Shown here: piece after piece, positions 54,141-64,000 of the stretch
How positions within the stretch are numbered: the first letter of the stretch is position 1
How the letters are laid out: each line of letters opens with the position of its first letter
From: Camelus ferus
Taxonomy: Eukaryota
NCBI RefSeq assembly: GCF_009834535.1
Contig: NC_045696.1
Location: forward strand, 85,314,001 to 85,378,000
DNA length: 64,000 nucleotides
Direction: 5' to 3'
Notes under the pieces: generated by a model
What the model was told of the DNA's origin: nothing
What the model saw: only the letters and a program-made list of their open reading frames with translations
Databases searched by the model: none
Position numbers and translations under genes: made by a program

Positions 54141-55179
54141 CTACCTCTTATTAAAAATGCTGTAATTAATGTCTTTCTTCATAAGGATGTTTTTATATCT
54201 AGGGGGCTGCAGATTTGAATGGATCTATCTTTTTACCTCATGACCTGGGAACTGAAGTAGGCTAGTTCTCACATCTTCTTGCCTGACCATCGAAATAATC
54301 CATCTGTTTCCAGTCTCAGTGTCATCCCTACTTGAGCAATGAGACAGGTCAGCATGCCCCCTTTCTCAGTATTTCTTGCACCACATAAAAAGCCACTGGC
54401 CAGATTTCTGGAAATCCTCCCTCAGATCTGAGTAGTGAAGTCAGTCACGCACTTTGCTTCCTCACCCCTCTGTAGGAAACGATAGCCTCCTTCACAAAAG
54501 TGTTCTTGACAAAAGCTGACTTTCTTTCTCTCCTCAGTTATCAACTTGGTCACTCTCACACTTCACGGGAAATTGGTGCTTTCATTTTGAGAAATCAGCT
54601 GTGAGGAATGTAATAATTTTGTTTTCTACATGATACTTTCTATATTATAAATACTGCACTATTCAGGAATCTGTAAGAACAGGAAAATATTGATTATAGT
54701 GTATCCTGGGTTTATTCTTTTGTTTTCAGAAAAAGTAAAAACCTTTAAATAGATCTCTACTCAAAATTGTACATCATTAATTATCATTTACTGGCTAAAT
54801 TAATCACCCAAGTCTATAGAGTAAGCAAATTATTACTTACTCTTCCAGTAAAGGTCACTAGAATTCACTGTTGCAGGCAGAGCTGTAGTTTTGGCTTCCA
54901 GTCCCATTTTACTTTTTCACATCTAGAGTTGACTATCAGCTTGGGCAATGATATTTTGATGTATTCAACACCACTCCTCCAACAAACACACACACACACA
55001 TACACACACACATCAAAAAACAAAACCGAAAGCAAGCCCTGTTACTGATTTAATTAAAGGATTCCAATTTGGTGAGATTTATTTTTCCAGTGACTATCAA
55101 GGATGCTCTTTGGAACCTATCTTTCCCATGGGTTATGATTTCTTTTTAACAATGTTTCAACTTAGTTGCACACATTTTT

Positions 55180-56660
55180 AGTCATGTTAAGAAGTTTGGA
55201 CTTCTAATACTAGTAGAAAGTTACTCATGATTATTAAGGTAAGAAGTGACATGACATATTCAGTGTATTGGAAAAAAATTACTCTCAGTCAATATAGAGA
55301 AAAAAGAGGCTTGGAAATGTGGGAAAATGTTAATAGCTAAGAGACCTTTTAAGTTGTCAGAACAAAAGAAAATTTTTTTAAATTCAGATGTGACAGAGGA
55401 AATGGAGATCAGTGGAAGTTTTTAAAATATATTGAAGGAAGTAGAATCCTAATTGCAAGAATTTCAGAATTGCAGATCTATTGATTGTGCAAAGCAAGGG
55501 AAAAAGGGATGCAAAAATGATCTAAGGTTTCTGGCTCTGACAGTGGTGTAGACGAGAATGGTACTCTCTGAGACAGAACACACATAAGGAGAAGCAAGGG
55601 ACAAATCGTTGTCAGTATTATTCCTGTTGGTCTTGAGTTAACTGTGATGTCTGGTATTTAGTTGGACACATGAGTCTGAAGCTCACTGAAGAAACGGTGT
55701 TTAGCTATCCAAACGAGGAACTCATGAGAGCTGATGGGAACTGAATCATAAAAGGATGTGTAAAAACTCTGAACATAAGAAAAGATGAGAAAATAAATAA
55801 ACAAATAAACCTAATTACCTCCCCCTCCAAGAATAAATTAAATAAATAAAGAAGAGATGAGAAAACAAAGAGTATTCTACAAGAAATGTGATGAAATGTA
55901 GCAAGATAAAAAGAAAGGAATTCCAGATGCATGGTGGCATGGAAGTATTTCAAGAAGGAAAGATACAATATAAAATGCCCCAGGGATTTGATTAAACTTA
56001 AAGCATCCATCGTATTTCTTAAAAACAAAAATATTTGTGATATCACAATACAAGTTTCAGGGCAAAAGAGTGAGAACTGAAGCTGGGTAACAGTGAATTA
56101 TGGCATGGATGGAAGGGAAGAAGTAGGGGCACAAAAGAAATCAACATTTTGAAGGAGTTTGAAGAGGGCTGGGATAAACACTAGAGAGGAAGATGAGACC
56201 AAAGAAAATGTGTAAATATCAAAGATAGGAGCATATTTAAATGCTTATAAGAAGAATACAGTGGAGAAGGTAATTGAAGATATAGAAGATAGATGGGTAA
56301 TAGTGTGGTCTCTTAAAAGCAGAAGGTAATTTATTTCAGCTGCCTGATTGAAGTATTACCTGTAGAGTAGGGGAATCTATTTCCATTCCATTTTGAAAGA
56401 GAGAAAAAGAAAAGAAGAGTGAAATTGTACGTGGTTGTCCAGGTTTGGTAGTTGAATCTTAGGGCAGAGTCTATCTGACAGTTCTGGCTGAAAATAAGTA
56501 AATGATGAAGTCATCTCCAGTTTAACTAAAGATCCTGGGAGAATAAGAGATTTAAGAGAAATAAAGAAGAACTGAGACTGCCTTTCTGAAGAAAGGAGAG
56601 GAATTTCTAGGCTGCATTACTCAATGAAGGTTAGATAGCATGGATTTACAAAGGAACCAG
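55180..56660 (-). mobile_element. L2 remnant
   Basis: Purine-rich L2 antisense text (aagaagtgacatgacatattcag; aaaaatgatctaaggtttctggc; tgagtctgaagctca). Confidence 0.65.
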
Positions 56661-57779
56661 TCTAGGCAGTTGATTAGCATCTTTCTTTACCTTTTTTTTT
56701 TTTTTTTACTTTGAAATGAAAGATTGCCTGGTTATTGGCTTATTAGCAAGCTGAATTGATTTGGTGTTGGAGATTTTCCAGATGTTGCTTCAAAACAACA
56801 AGAAGGGATGAGGATATGGGCCAGTGTTATGGAGGAGGACATAAAAACTAAAAGATTGTGTTTTATTTGATAAAACAAAAATACCACGTTATTGCACAAG
56901 GTAATATTAGTTTTATAAATATAAAACAATAGCCAAATTTACTGTAAGCTATCTAATTTTGCTCTCTTGATCTCCCTAAGTTATTCAAAACATCACAATG
57001 TATTTACATTTTGCCCTGAAGTCACATAAATAACTTACTTTCTGGTTCGACTTAACGATTACCTAAAGGTAAATTTTTGTAAATGTGTAATTATTTTTCT
57101 TTAGCATGATATTAAGGGTTATATTTTTATATTTGTTATGCTACAATTGAAATAAAATACTTTTTGAAATATATAAGCATGCGCTTACATTTTTTGCCTC
57201 CAATTTCTGCCATATCAAATGTGGTTAAATCTATATCTATATTCAGGGATAAAATAACTAGAGGTCTGCCACTTCCCTGACATTATTGCATTTTGTGTAG
57301 ACTATATTTGTTCAGCAAAACACCCCCCCATGTTACACATATTTGAAAATTGATGATTCTTGATTTATATATCAATTTAACATAAGAAAGCAAATTATTA
57401 TGTCAATTGCCTCATAAAAATAGAGTATTCTTTTAAAAATCTTAAAGTCTGGTCTTTTGTGATGCTAAAAGAAGAGACTGTCCGACACTTTGATATGTAA
57501 AAGTAGATCTGCAGCTGAGTTTGACTGCAGTGATTAGAGAGAGCTGGGACACTCAGCAGGACAAAGTGAAAAGAATGTGTGTTTTTTATAGATCTCAGGA
57601 ACAAGATCTGTAGAGTATGGAAAGGCTTTATCATCGATAGAGTAGTAGCCAGAAGGGCTTTAAGAGTAGGGATATCTAATCTAATAAAATTTTAATACAT
57701 TTTTCACTGAAAAATATGGAAATAAAAAAATAGACAGCTAAGTGAATTTTCAAAAGGGAAAACATGTGAAGGTGAGCCC

Positions 57780-58000
57780 CTTTGCAGATTAGAACACTAC
57801 TACCATTACAGATGACCCCTTTCCTGGACCTTCAAATCGCTGTTTCCCTTCAAAGATAACTATTGAGCTTAACTTCTAGCATTACAGAGGATTTGGTTAG
57901 TTTGGTGTTGAAGTTTTCATAAATGGAACTGTTCAGTATAAAACTCCTCTGTGTCTCGTTTCCTTAGCTCATGTGCTTGTGTGTAGTTGACTTCATAGTT
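57780..58000 (-). mobile_element. L1ME 3' fragment
   Basis: cccttcaaagataactattgagcttaacttctagcattacag...cataaatggaactgttcagtat. Confidence 0.55.
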
Positions 58001-58006
58001 TTATAG

Positions 58007-58118
58007 CAGAGTTTCTCAACCCTGCACTGTATGCATTTTGGGCCCGATAATTATTTGTTATAGTAAACTGTCCTTTGCATGATGGATATTTAGTAACATC
58101 TCGGACATCTACCCACTA
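58007..58118 (+). mobile_element. MER20 5' fragment
   Basis: cagagtttctcaaccctgcactgtatgcattttgggcccgataattatttgtt...catctacccacta. Confidence 0.8.
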
Positions 58119-58129
58119 ATATATATTAA

Positions 58130-58645
58130 GTGGGACAAAAACACCTTATGAATCATAAAGGAAAAAAAAAATATCAAAAGTTGAATTTCACTAAGATTAA
58201 ACATATCTGGTCATCAAAAATCACTATTTAGAAAGTGAAAAAGCAAGCTACACATCAGGATAAGATATCTGCAATACATATATCCAACAATGGATTTGTA
58301 TTCAGCATATATAAAACCCTAAAGAAAAATAAAGATGGCTATACCAACAGAATAAAAAAATCTGCAAAAGTCTAGAATGTGCACTTCATGAAAGAACATA
58401 CCCAAATACCCATTCAGCATGACTACTTCAAACTAAAAAGCTTCTGCCCAGCAAAGAAAGCAATCAATAGAATAAAAAGATAAACTGAGCAGTAGGAGAA
58501 AATATTTGCAAATTATATATCTGATGAGTTAATATTCAGAATATATAAAGAACTTCTACAACTCAACAACAAAAGCACAAATAACCTGATTTAAAAATAA
58601 GCAAATGAATCAAATAGGCATTTTTCCAAGGAAGATATAGAAATG
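58130..58645 (+). mobile_element. Two adjacent L1 ORF2 3'-region fragments
   Basis: aagattaaacatatctggtcatcaaaa...gatatctgcaatacatatatcc and aaactaaaaagcttctgcccagcaaag...gaaaatatttgcaaattatatatctgat are homologous L1 segments. Confidence 0.8.
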
Positions 58646-58654
58646 AAGCATTCT

Positions 58655-58900
58655 ATTTGTCATTTATTCCCAGGACTCCATATTGTAAACCATACCGTCT
58701 TTCCATCATTTCTTTTTCAGAGTAACAAAGAAGCTTCATTGGTAGGAATCTCAAATACCCCCAAGGACTCTGCTTTTCTCTCACTAACTTCCTGTCTCCC
58801 TGGAACTGGTCAGTATAGTTTTCTGCCTAGTCCTTACACTCCAGTGAATCTGTGGCCCTATCTGGAAGCTGTATTTGGAAATGCTGTTGTGAAAAATGAA
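58655..58900 (+). pseudogene. pro: Retroviral aspartic protease remnant
   Basis: ORF 58643-59002 contains SNKEASLVGISNTP...YSFLPSPYTPVNL. This resembles the class I protease pattern 'V.VVGVSN.P...HSFLL.P..PVNLLGRD'. The catalytic DTGA is not preserved. Confidence 0.7.
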
Positions 58901-59397
58901 CCAGATGACCTTCTTTGGAAATCCCACAAGGAAATTAACTCTTGGTTTTATGATAGCATACTTTTATTCCTCACTCTGATGACTCTACTGTCAACATCTT
59001 AGAACTTGGATCTATTTCCAGTAGCCTCTTGGCTATAGACAGTTCATATCTAGAACATATTAAGGAGGCTGAACCCATAAAGTTCTCTGTCACTCTATCC
59101 ATGTGCTTACTGAAACTGGCCCGATGCATATCAATAGAAGAGGCTACTGAAGGCCTGTGGCTCATCACACCACACACCTCCAAAAAAGATTCAGAATCTC
59201 CTAGATTAGCCCTTGCCATACCTCTTCTGCTCATCAAAAGGGCAAATGGATGTGGCTACCTTGTTACTTCCCTGTAGGCCACACCCATATTACCACCCTG
59301 GTGTCAATCCCTGAGACAGCTAACTTTGCAGTGGCAGATCTATGTTCAGCATTTTTTAAAAGTATATCTTTCCAACCAAACTCATAGTATCTTTTTT

Positions 59398-59760
59398 TAA
59401 AAAACTGAAGTACAGTTGATTTGCAATGTTGTGTTAGTTTCAGGTGTACAGCAAGGTGATTCAAATATATACATATGTATATATACATTCTTTTGCAGAT
59501 TATTTTCCAATATTGATTATTATAAGATATTGACTATAGTTCCCTGTGCTATACAGTAAGCCCTTACTGTTTATCTATTTTATATATAGTAGTGTATATC
59601 TGTTAATCCCAAAGTGTTAATTTATTCCTCCTCCCCTCCTTTCCTCTTTGGTAACCGTAAATTTGTTTCCTATGTCTGTGAGTCTACTTCTGTTTTGTAA
59701 ATAAGTTCATTTGTATCAATTTTTTTAGATACCATATGATATTTGCCTTTCTCTGAATTT
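59398..59760 (-). mobile_element. 5'-truncated L1 3' end (cetartiodactyl-type) inserted into the proviral RT
   Basis: Typical L1 3'UTR antisense text (tgaagtacagttgatttgcaatgttgtgttagtttcaggtgtacagc...gttccctgtgctatacag). The 14-bp TSD atagtatctttttt lies at 59384-59397 and 59761-59774. Confidence 0.92.
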
Positions 59761-60499
59761 ATAGTATCTTTTTTGCATTTACTTAAGGAAATAAACAATA
59801 CACATGACTGTTATGTTCCACTGATGCAGAAGTGTCCTCCAATTTTTTGCAAATACTGAGCCAGGACTCTACTCTTACATATGGAGGTTCTCCTGCTGTG
59901 TTCTCCAGACAGAAAATCTTACAGAATTGATTTCGTTTGCTTAGGAAGCTTTTAAAGACAAACTCTGTTTTTTTTTTCATATGGAAGTGCATTTTCTAGG
60001 CCGTGACAATATACAGAATTGTAACGATATCCTCAAAAATTAGAAGCTATTTATCTGTCTGTAAACTTGGAGGAGCTCTTGGAGGATACTGTATATTAGA
60101 TTCCTAAATATCTAAAACTTAATACCCCTTTATACAATCTGAGAGAAGCTGACAAATGTGAGCCTTTGCTTGGACAGAAACACTAGAGATTGACTTTAGT
60201 AACATTATTTCCTTTAAAACCCCTTACCTTGTACTACCCAATAAACATAAAACTTTATGTCTAAGTGTATATTAAAATTCAGGACAAGCAATGAGGATCC
60301 TAACTAAATAGGACAGGAGAAATCAGAAACCATTCTTTATTATAACTTTTCACTTAATATTATAGCAAAAACTCACTCTTCTTTATGCAGAGTGGCCGCA
60401 GTTATATAGTTAACTGATCCTGTAGAGAAGTCTACTCAGGTTTTGGGACAATTCAAGTACGAAGCACTCATTCTGAAAAGCAGACAGAACAGAACAACT

Positions 60500-60500
<1 letters not shown>

Positions 60501-60550
<50 letters not shown>

Positions 60551-60566
60551 CACACACACACACACA
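60501..60566 (+). repeat. Compound microsatellite (CAA)16(CA)9 inside proviral pol
   Basis: Read directly from the sequence. Confidence 0.97.
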
Positions 60567-60664
60567 CTGGAATGAATTAAATTGTTTATTCCACCCAGAT
60601 GGTCTCTGGACACACTAAGATACCACATATAGACTCTTATGAAATATTGAGAGGAAGTTTCTCA

Positions 60665-61545
60665 AAAAATTTAACACATCATGTAAAAGAAAGAAAAATT
60701 CTTCTTAAATAGGTCTTATTTAGAAAACTTCAGAGGATGTTTCTAGTGCACACCCTATCTGTGAATGCCACAATCCTGAGAAAACTGTAAAGGCTAGTTG
60801 TGAATGTAAGCCAATCTCTTTAGGCTCTTTGAATATCTATAAATGAACTTAATTAAGCCTTATATGTCTATAGACATATTCTTACTTATTTTCTGCTTGC
60901 TTTCTGGTGAGCTAGAGACTTTTCTTGCCATAAAGCAGCTTCTCTGGTAGTAACAAAGCAACTTTCAGGCTTTGCATTTCCCTCTTGGGAAAACTCACAC
61001 CTTTGTCCAGTATTAGGGGTGCAGATTCCATTGGAACAGTAATTAAGATACTTCATAAGGCTCTGCCTATTGCTTAGAAGCTTCATTTTCACATTTCTCA
61101 GAGAAAACAGAATAAATTTTACACTAGACTTTCAAAACTACCTGAAGAACTTCAGTAGCTGTGGCCAAAGGTTTGCCCTTAGCTTTCATGGCCATTTCCC
61201 CATCCAACAGGAATACATACACTATCCTCATGGAGGCTCATGCATCTTGTGATCTCACCCTTATACTGACCCTCCTCTTTTACAGTAGGCTGATGTGGAC
61301 AAATTTTGTAAAGGTTTAATGCAAGCTTATTATCAACAGATCCAAGGTTTGTCTTCTTTCACAAATAAACTGCAGGAACCTCTGCCTGATCTTCAGTCTA
61401 GTTTACTTACTAGAAATGATGCCAGTTTAAGATTACTCTTGCATCTCATCGCAAGGAACATTATCAGGTACTATTGATCGTAAACACTTACATGCAATTT
61501 CAGGGAACTGACCCTTGGATTTGTGTATCCCAATTAAAAAAAAAT
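60665..61545 (+). pseudogene. pol: Retroviral integrase remnant (HHCC zinc finger, DDE core, GPY/F C-terminal module)
   Basis: 60671 LTHH; 60751 HPICECHNPEKTVK..GS/EYL*MNLI (cf. CQ.HNPGK..GPFEHLQMDFI); ~60894 CLLSGELETF/CHKA...FAFPSW (cf. FSGWVEAFPCRKA..FPTWG); 61003 LSSIRGADSIGTVIKILHKALP (cf. SSDRGTHFTG); 61162 WPK/LPLAFMAI; 61450-61542 RKEHYQVLLIVNTYMQFQGTDPWICVSQLKK (cf. WKGPYQVLLTT.TA.KLQG..PWIH.SQLK). Confidence 0.93.
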
Positions 61546-61699
61546 CATATATCTACCTCTTGAACTTTTTTGCAAAACTTCCCCAAAAGTTTCTTAGGAA
61601 ACTTGGGTCAAAAGCAGACTAGGCCTAGCCTCCACCTAAATCTTCCAATTGAGACACTTGAATGCAAGGAGCCAAAAACTACTACAACTTTTTCTCTTT

Positions 61700-63312
61700 C
61701 TCTTCCAAATGTTAATGGACTTATTTTCTCTCCCTTTCTGTTGGTTTAGGATTCTTGATTGCTAATATGAGCTTGGAAAAGTTTCCTCCCTAGTCTTGTT
61801 ACTCTGAGCACCAGAGATTAAACCTTGACATTTAAATTGCACTTGGCACCAATGAACTCATTTTCCAGCTAAATGCTTAATTAATCAAATTGCTGGATTT
61901 TTACCATTTTCCCTGGGAAACTGAATCTATGTACCAGACAATAATGTCACTTTTCTTTCACTATATGCTGATAACAAGATTTTAGGATGATTGATAACAA
62001 GAAAAATTAAAAGTGAAATACCCTAGACTGTCATTTCCCACAAATGTGTCACATGTTTATATCTAATAATGTAAGGTACCTGGGAAGCAACCTCTGCAAA
62101 GAGATCCAAAAAGAATTTCCTTCTCTTAACCTCTAATACCAAACTGGAACATTCACTGCTTTCTATAACCCCAAAACCTGCATTCCTAGTTACCCTACAG
62201 TTAGTAATATTGCTGCCTCTCCCTAACGTTATCATCATTTCAAGTATAGGAGATAAACAATTTTGACACATGCCTACAACCTCAGTCCCACCAAAGTTCT
62301 GTGTTTTATAAGGAACTACATGTTCCTGTGACAAGAGTGTTATGATTTTCATGCTTACAACCTCCTCAAATCTATGTAATGAATTTAAAAACTACTATTT
62401 ATTTGGAAACTTTAATTCCTGGAGATCATTCAAGAATGTGAATAAAACTATCTGAATAATACTTTTCAGTACCTAAGTAAGAACCCTGGATCACACTGAA
62501 TATTCCTGGATCTCTGGGACACAAGGTTGTCAGAGAATTCCTAATTGAACAGGTATTGGTATCTATTTCCATTCCCACCAGTTTTCTGGTTTAATATTCC
62601 TTTTAACTATACAAAAACTTCACTCTTCTTTCTCTTTTAAGTACTGAGCTCTTAATAACCTAGTCCCATGTAATAGTACATGATTATAAATTTTTAGGAG
62701 AATATTCACTGGAATTAGAAGAAAAACTTCTAATTTTTCTTAGACATAACAAACTATATCTACCAGTGAATCCTGAATTGCAGTCTTTTCGCCTAGTTGG
62801 ACAACCATGCAGAAAGCTCAAACATAGAATTTATTATGCCATAATTAAAACAACCATTAGTAACCAGTGAAACCTAAATAATAATTCCAAGAATTGGTAT
62901 ATATTCAACAAGCTGTAGTGCAATGTAGAAAGGCTTTAAATATATTCAGCATATAAATATGCACAGGGCAGTACACATGCTGACTTAGGGAAAGTAGAAT
63001 CTATCTATCTGCCAAGAGACATACTATATAATTTTTAACATAAACAGGAGGGTTAGGAAGGGTAATGAACAAATCAAAGGGAAAAAAAAGTGTTAAGTCA
63101 ACTTACTGATATCAAATATCTCTTCTTTATAGACCCAGAGTAGGAATGGGGTCTGTTCTCTTGGCTTAGTCAAGATTCTTGACTAAAACATCATTGTTCA
63201 AGGTGTTCTGATAATTCTAATGTTAATATTTGCTTTCTGCAGAATTGTTTGCCCTGTTCTCTCTAGAGTCTTAAATGCTTCTGCAGAGCAACTCACTAGC
63301 CAGATAATTTAA
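61700..63312 (+). pseudogene. env: Gamma-type envelope remnant (SU CxxC region, immunosuppressive domain, transmembrane anchor, cytoplasmic tail)
   Basis: 61876-61902 LN*SNCWIF (cf. NQSNCWIC). 62906-62947 QQAVVQCRKALNIF plus 62961-63014 AQGSTHADLGKVESIYLP (cf. AVLQNRMALDILTAAQGGTCA....ECCVYIP). 63147 WGLFSWL. 63190-63312 hydrophobic IIVQGVLIILMLIFAFCRIVCPVLSRVLNASAEQLTSQII*. The start position is approximate. Confidence 0.82.
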
Positions 63313-63472
63313 ATTCAACTACAAATACAAAAATCATAAGAAGCCCTAATGGCAGCCATCACTAATGAATCTGGGACTACAATCAAAGAGTGGTATTGAT
63401 CTAGAATTCTGAACAAATCTGTATGTGGTTAAATTATGAGATTCAGTCCCCCTCTTGAACAGGAGGCAGGAC

Positions 63473-63790
63473 TGTGAGGAACCCTGGAGATCTACAATTT
63501 TTTCACTTTGAACCTCGTAGGACACTAGCACCTCCTTTAATTCATCCCCATCCTTCACAGTAGTCCTCTTATGACTTTAACTTCCACACTGCTGAAGAAA
63601 TATTGTTCAAACAATTGCTGTTAAACCACAACAGCAGATTTTCCTTCTTCCAAGAAGTGATTTTGATGAATTTCTCTTCAAATTAGGTAAACTTTAGCTA
63701 TTCTCTCTTGCTTAAGCCCTACGAAACTTCATCCATCTTCTCCAGTTCAAAACTCTCCTTCAGAACAACACTCATATGACAGCATATTAT
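63473..63790 (+). mobile_element. Candidate 3' LTR of the fossil provirus (end uncertain)
   Basis: A purine-rich tract, ctcttgaacaggaggcaggac, is followed directly by TGTGAGG at 63473, about 160 nt after the env stop. This is where a PPT/U3 junction is expected. Confidence 0.5.
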
Positions 63791-63799
63791 AAGAAGGCT

Positions 63800-64000
63800 T
63801 ACAGTTTTTTGGTTTATTTTCCTCTATAGAAATAAGTCATATCTTTATAATATTGATCTTTCCAGTACTTGATCATGGTATATGCCTCTATTTAACTTCA
63901 GTCTGTGATTTTTCTTGAAAGAGTATTGCATTTTTCAGTTAGGATTCTATTATGTCTTTTGTTAGAACATTTCCTAAGTTTTTGTTTATGCTGTTGTAAA
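63800..64000 (-). mobile_element. Old L1 ORF2 fragment running off the window end
   Basis: catatctttataatattgatctttccagtacttgatcatggtatatgcctctattt. Confidence 0.65.

Larger units (their letters stand above)
59020..60650 (+). pseudogene. pol: Retroviral reverse transcriptase plus connection domain remnant, split by an L1 insertion and a microsatellite
   Basis: 59029-59277 reads HIKEAEPIK..EATEGL..LLIKRANGCGY (cf. PILPVKKPNG.GWR). 59286-59396 reads HITTLVSIPETANFAVADLCSAFFKSISFQPNS*YLF. After the L1, 59775 onward reads AFT*GNKQYT/(W)TVM..FLQILSQD. 59866-59907 reads TLLLHMEVLLLCSP (decayed QYVDDLLLCS). Further motifs: 59984-60007 EVHFLGRD, 60084 GYC..IPKY...PLYNL, ~60280-60400 GQAMRILTK...YY...VAAV. 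Confidence 0.92.
58655..63790 (+). mobile_element. Highly degenerate class I (ERV1, epsilon-like pol) endogenous provirus remnant: pro-pol-env-PPT-3'LTR; gag and 5' LTR not recognisable
   Basis: Manual translation gives retroviral motifs in canonical order on one strand: protease, RT, connection, integrase, env SU, env TM, then a purine-rich tract and a TG start. Details are in the component features. Confidence 0.9.

Noticed and set aside
58971..59237. 88-aa minus-strand ORF
   Set aside because: It is the antisense of the RT N-terminal remnant and has no recognisable domain.
60410..60628. Poly-cysteine ORF on the minus strand
   Set aside because: It is the translation of the (CAA)n(CA)n microsatellite.
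60886..61092. Minus-strand ORF ending next to a GTAAG donor-like site, resembling an exon
   Set aside because: It is the antisense of the integrase core, which explains the sequence better.
61700..63312. Possible orthologue of HEMO/ERVMER34-1, suggested by the N(Q)SNCW motif and a degenerate upstream pol
   Set aside because: The TM region (AQG.T.A...E..YLP) does not fit the HEMO TM as I recall it, and no syntenic host genes are visible. The SU motif is shared by many envs. A synteny check would settle it.
1..64000. CRISPR arrays, tRNA or rRNA genes, prokaryotic systems, CpG island promoter
   Set aside because: No regularly spaced repeat-spacer array, structured RNA gene, operon-like ORF density or CpG-rich segment was seen. 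The sequence is mammalian repeat-rich DNA.

Overview
AT-rich, CpG-poor mammalian genomic DNA with no recognisable host protein-coding exon, RNA gene or CpG island. It looks like intergenic DNA or a large intron. The 3' end of the youngest L1 (53135-53599) suggests a camelid such as alpaca or camel; this rests on recall of the L1 sequence, not on a search. The window is mostly a layered record of transposons: MIR, L2, old L1/HAL1, MaLR and ERVL LTRs, hAT-Charlie elements and two ERV1-type solo LTRs. The main hidden feature is a heavily decayed but colinear class I endogenous retrovirus on the + strand at about 58655-63790. It is visible only by manual translation across frameshifts and contains protease, RT, RT connection, integrase, env (SU, immunosuppressive domain, transmembrane anchor), a polypurine tract and a candidate 3' LTR. 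A younger L1 with a target-site duplication (TSD) interrupts its RT. Other notable items are a perfect 82-bp spacer-less palindrome (21868-21949), a MER41-like LTR with STAT-type motifs, a 5'-inverted (twin-primed) L1 and several nested insertions. All repeat family names come from recalled consensus sequences and need Dfam/RepeatMasker confirmation. Boundaries of old repeats are approximate.
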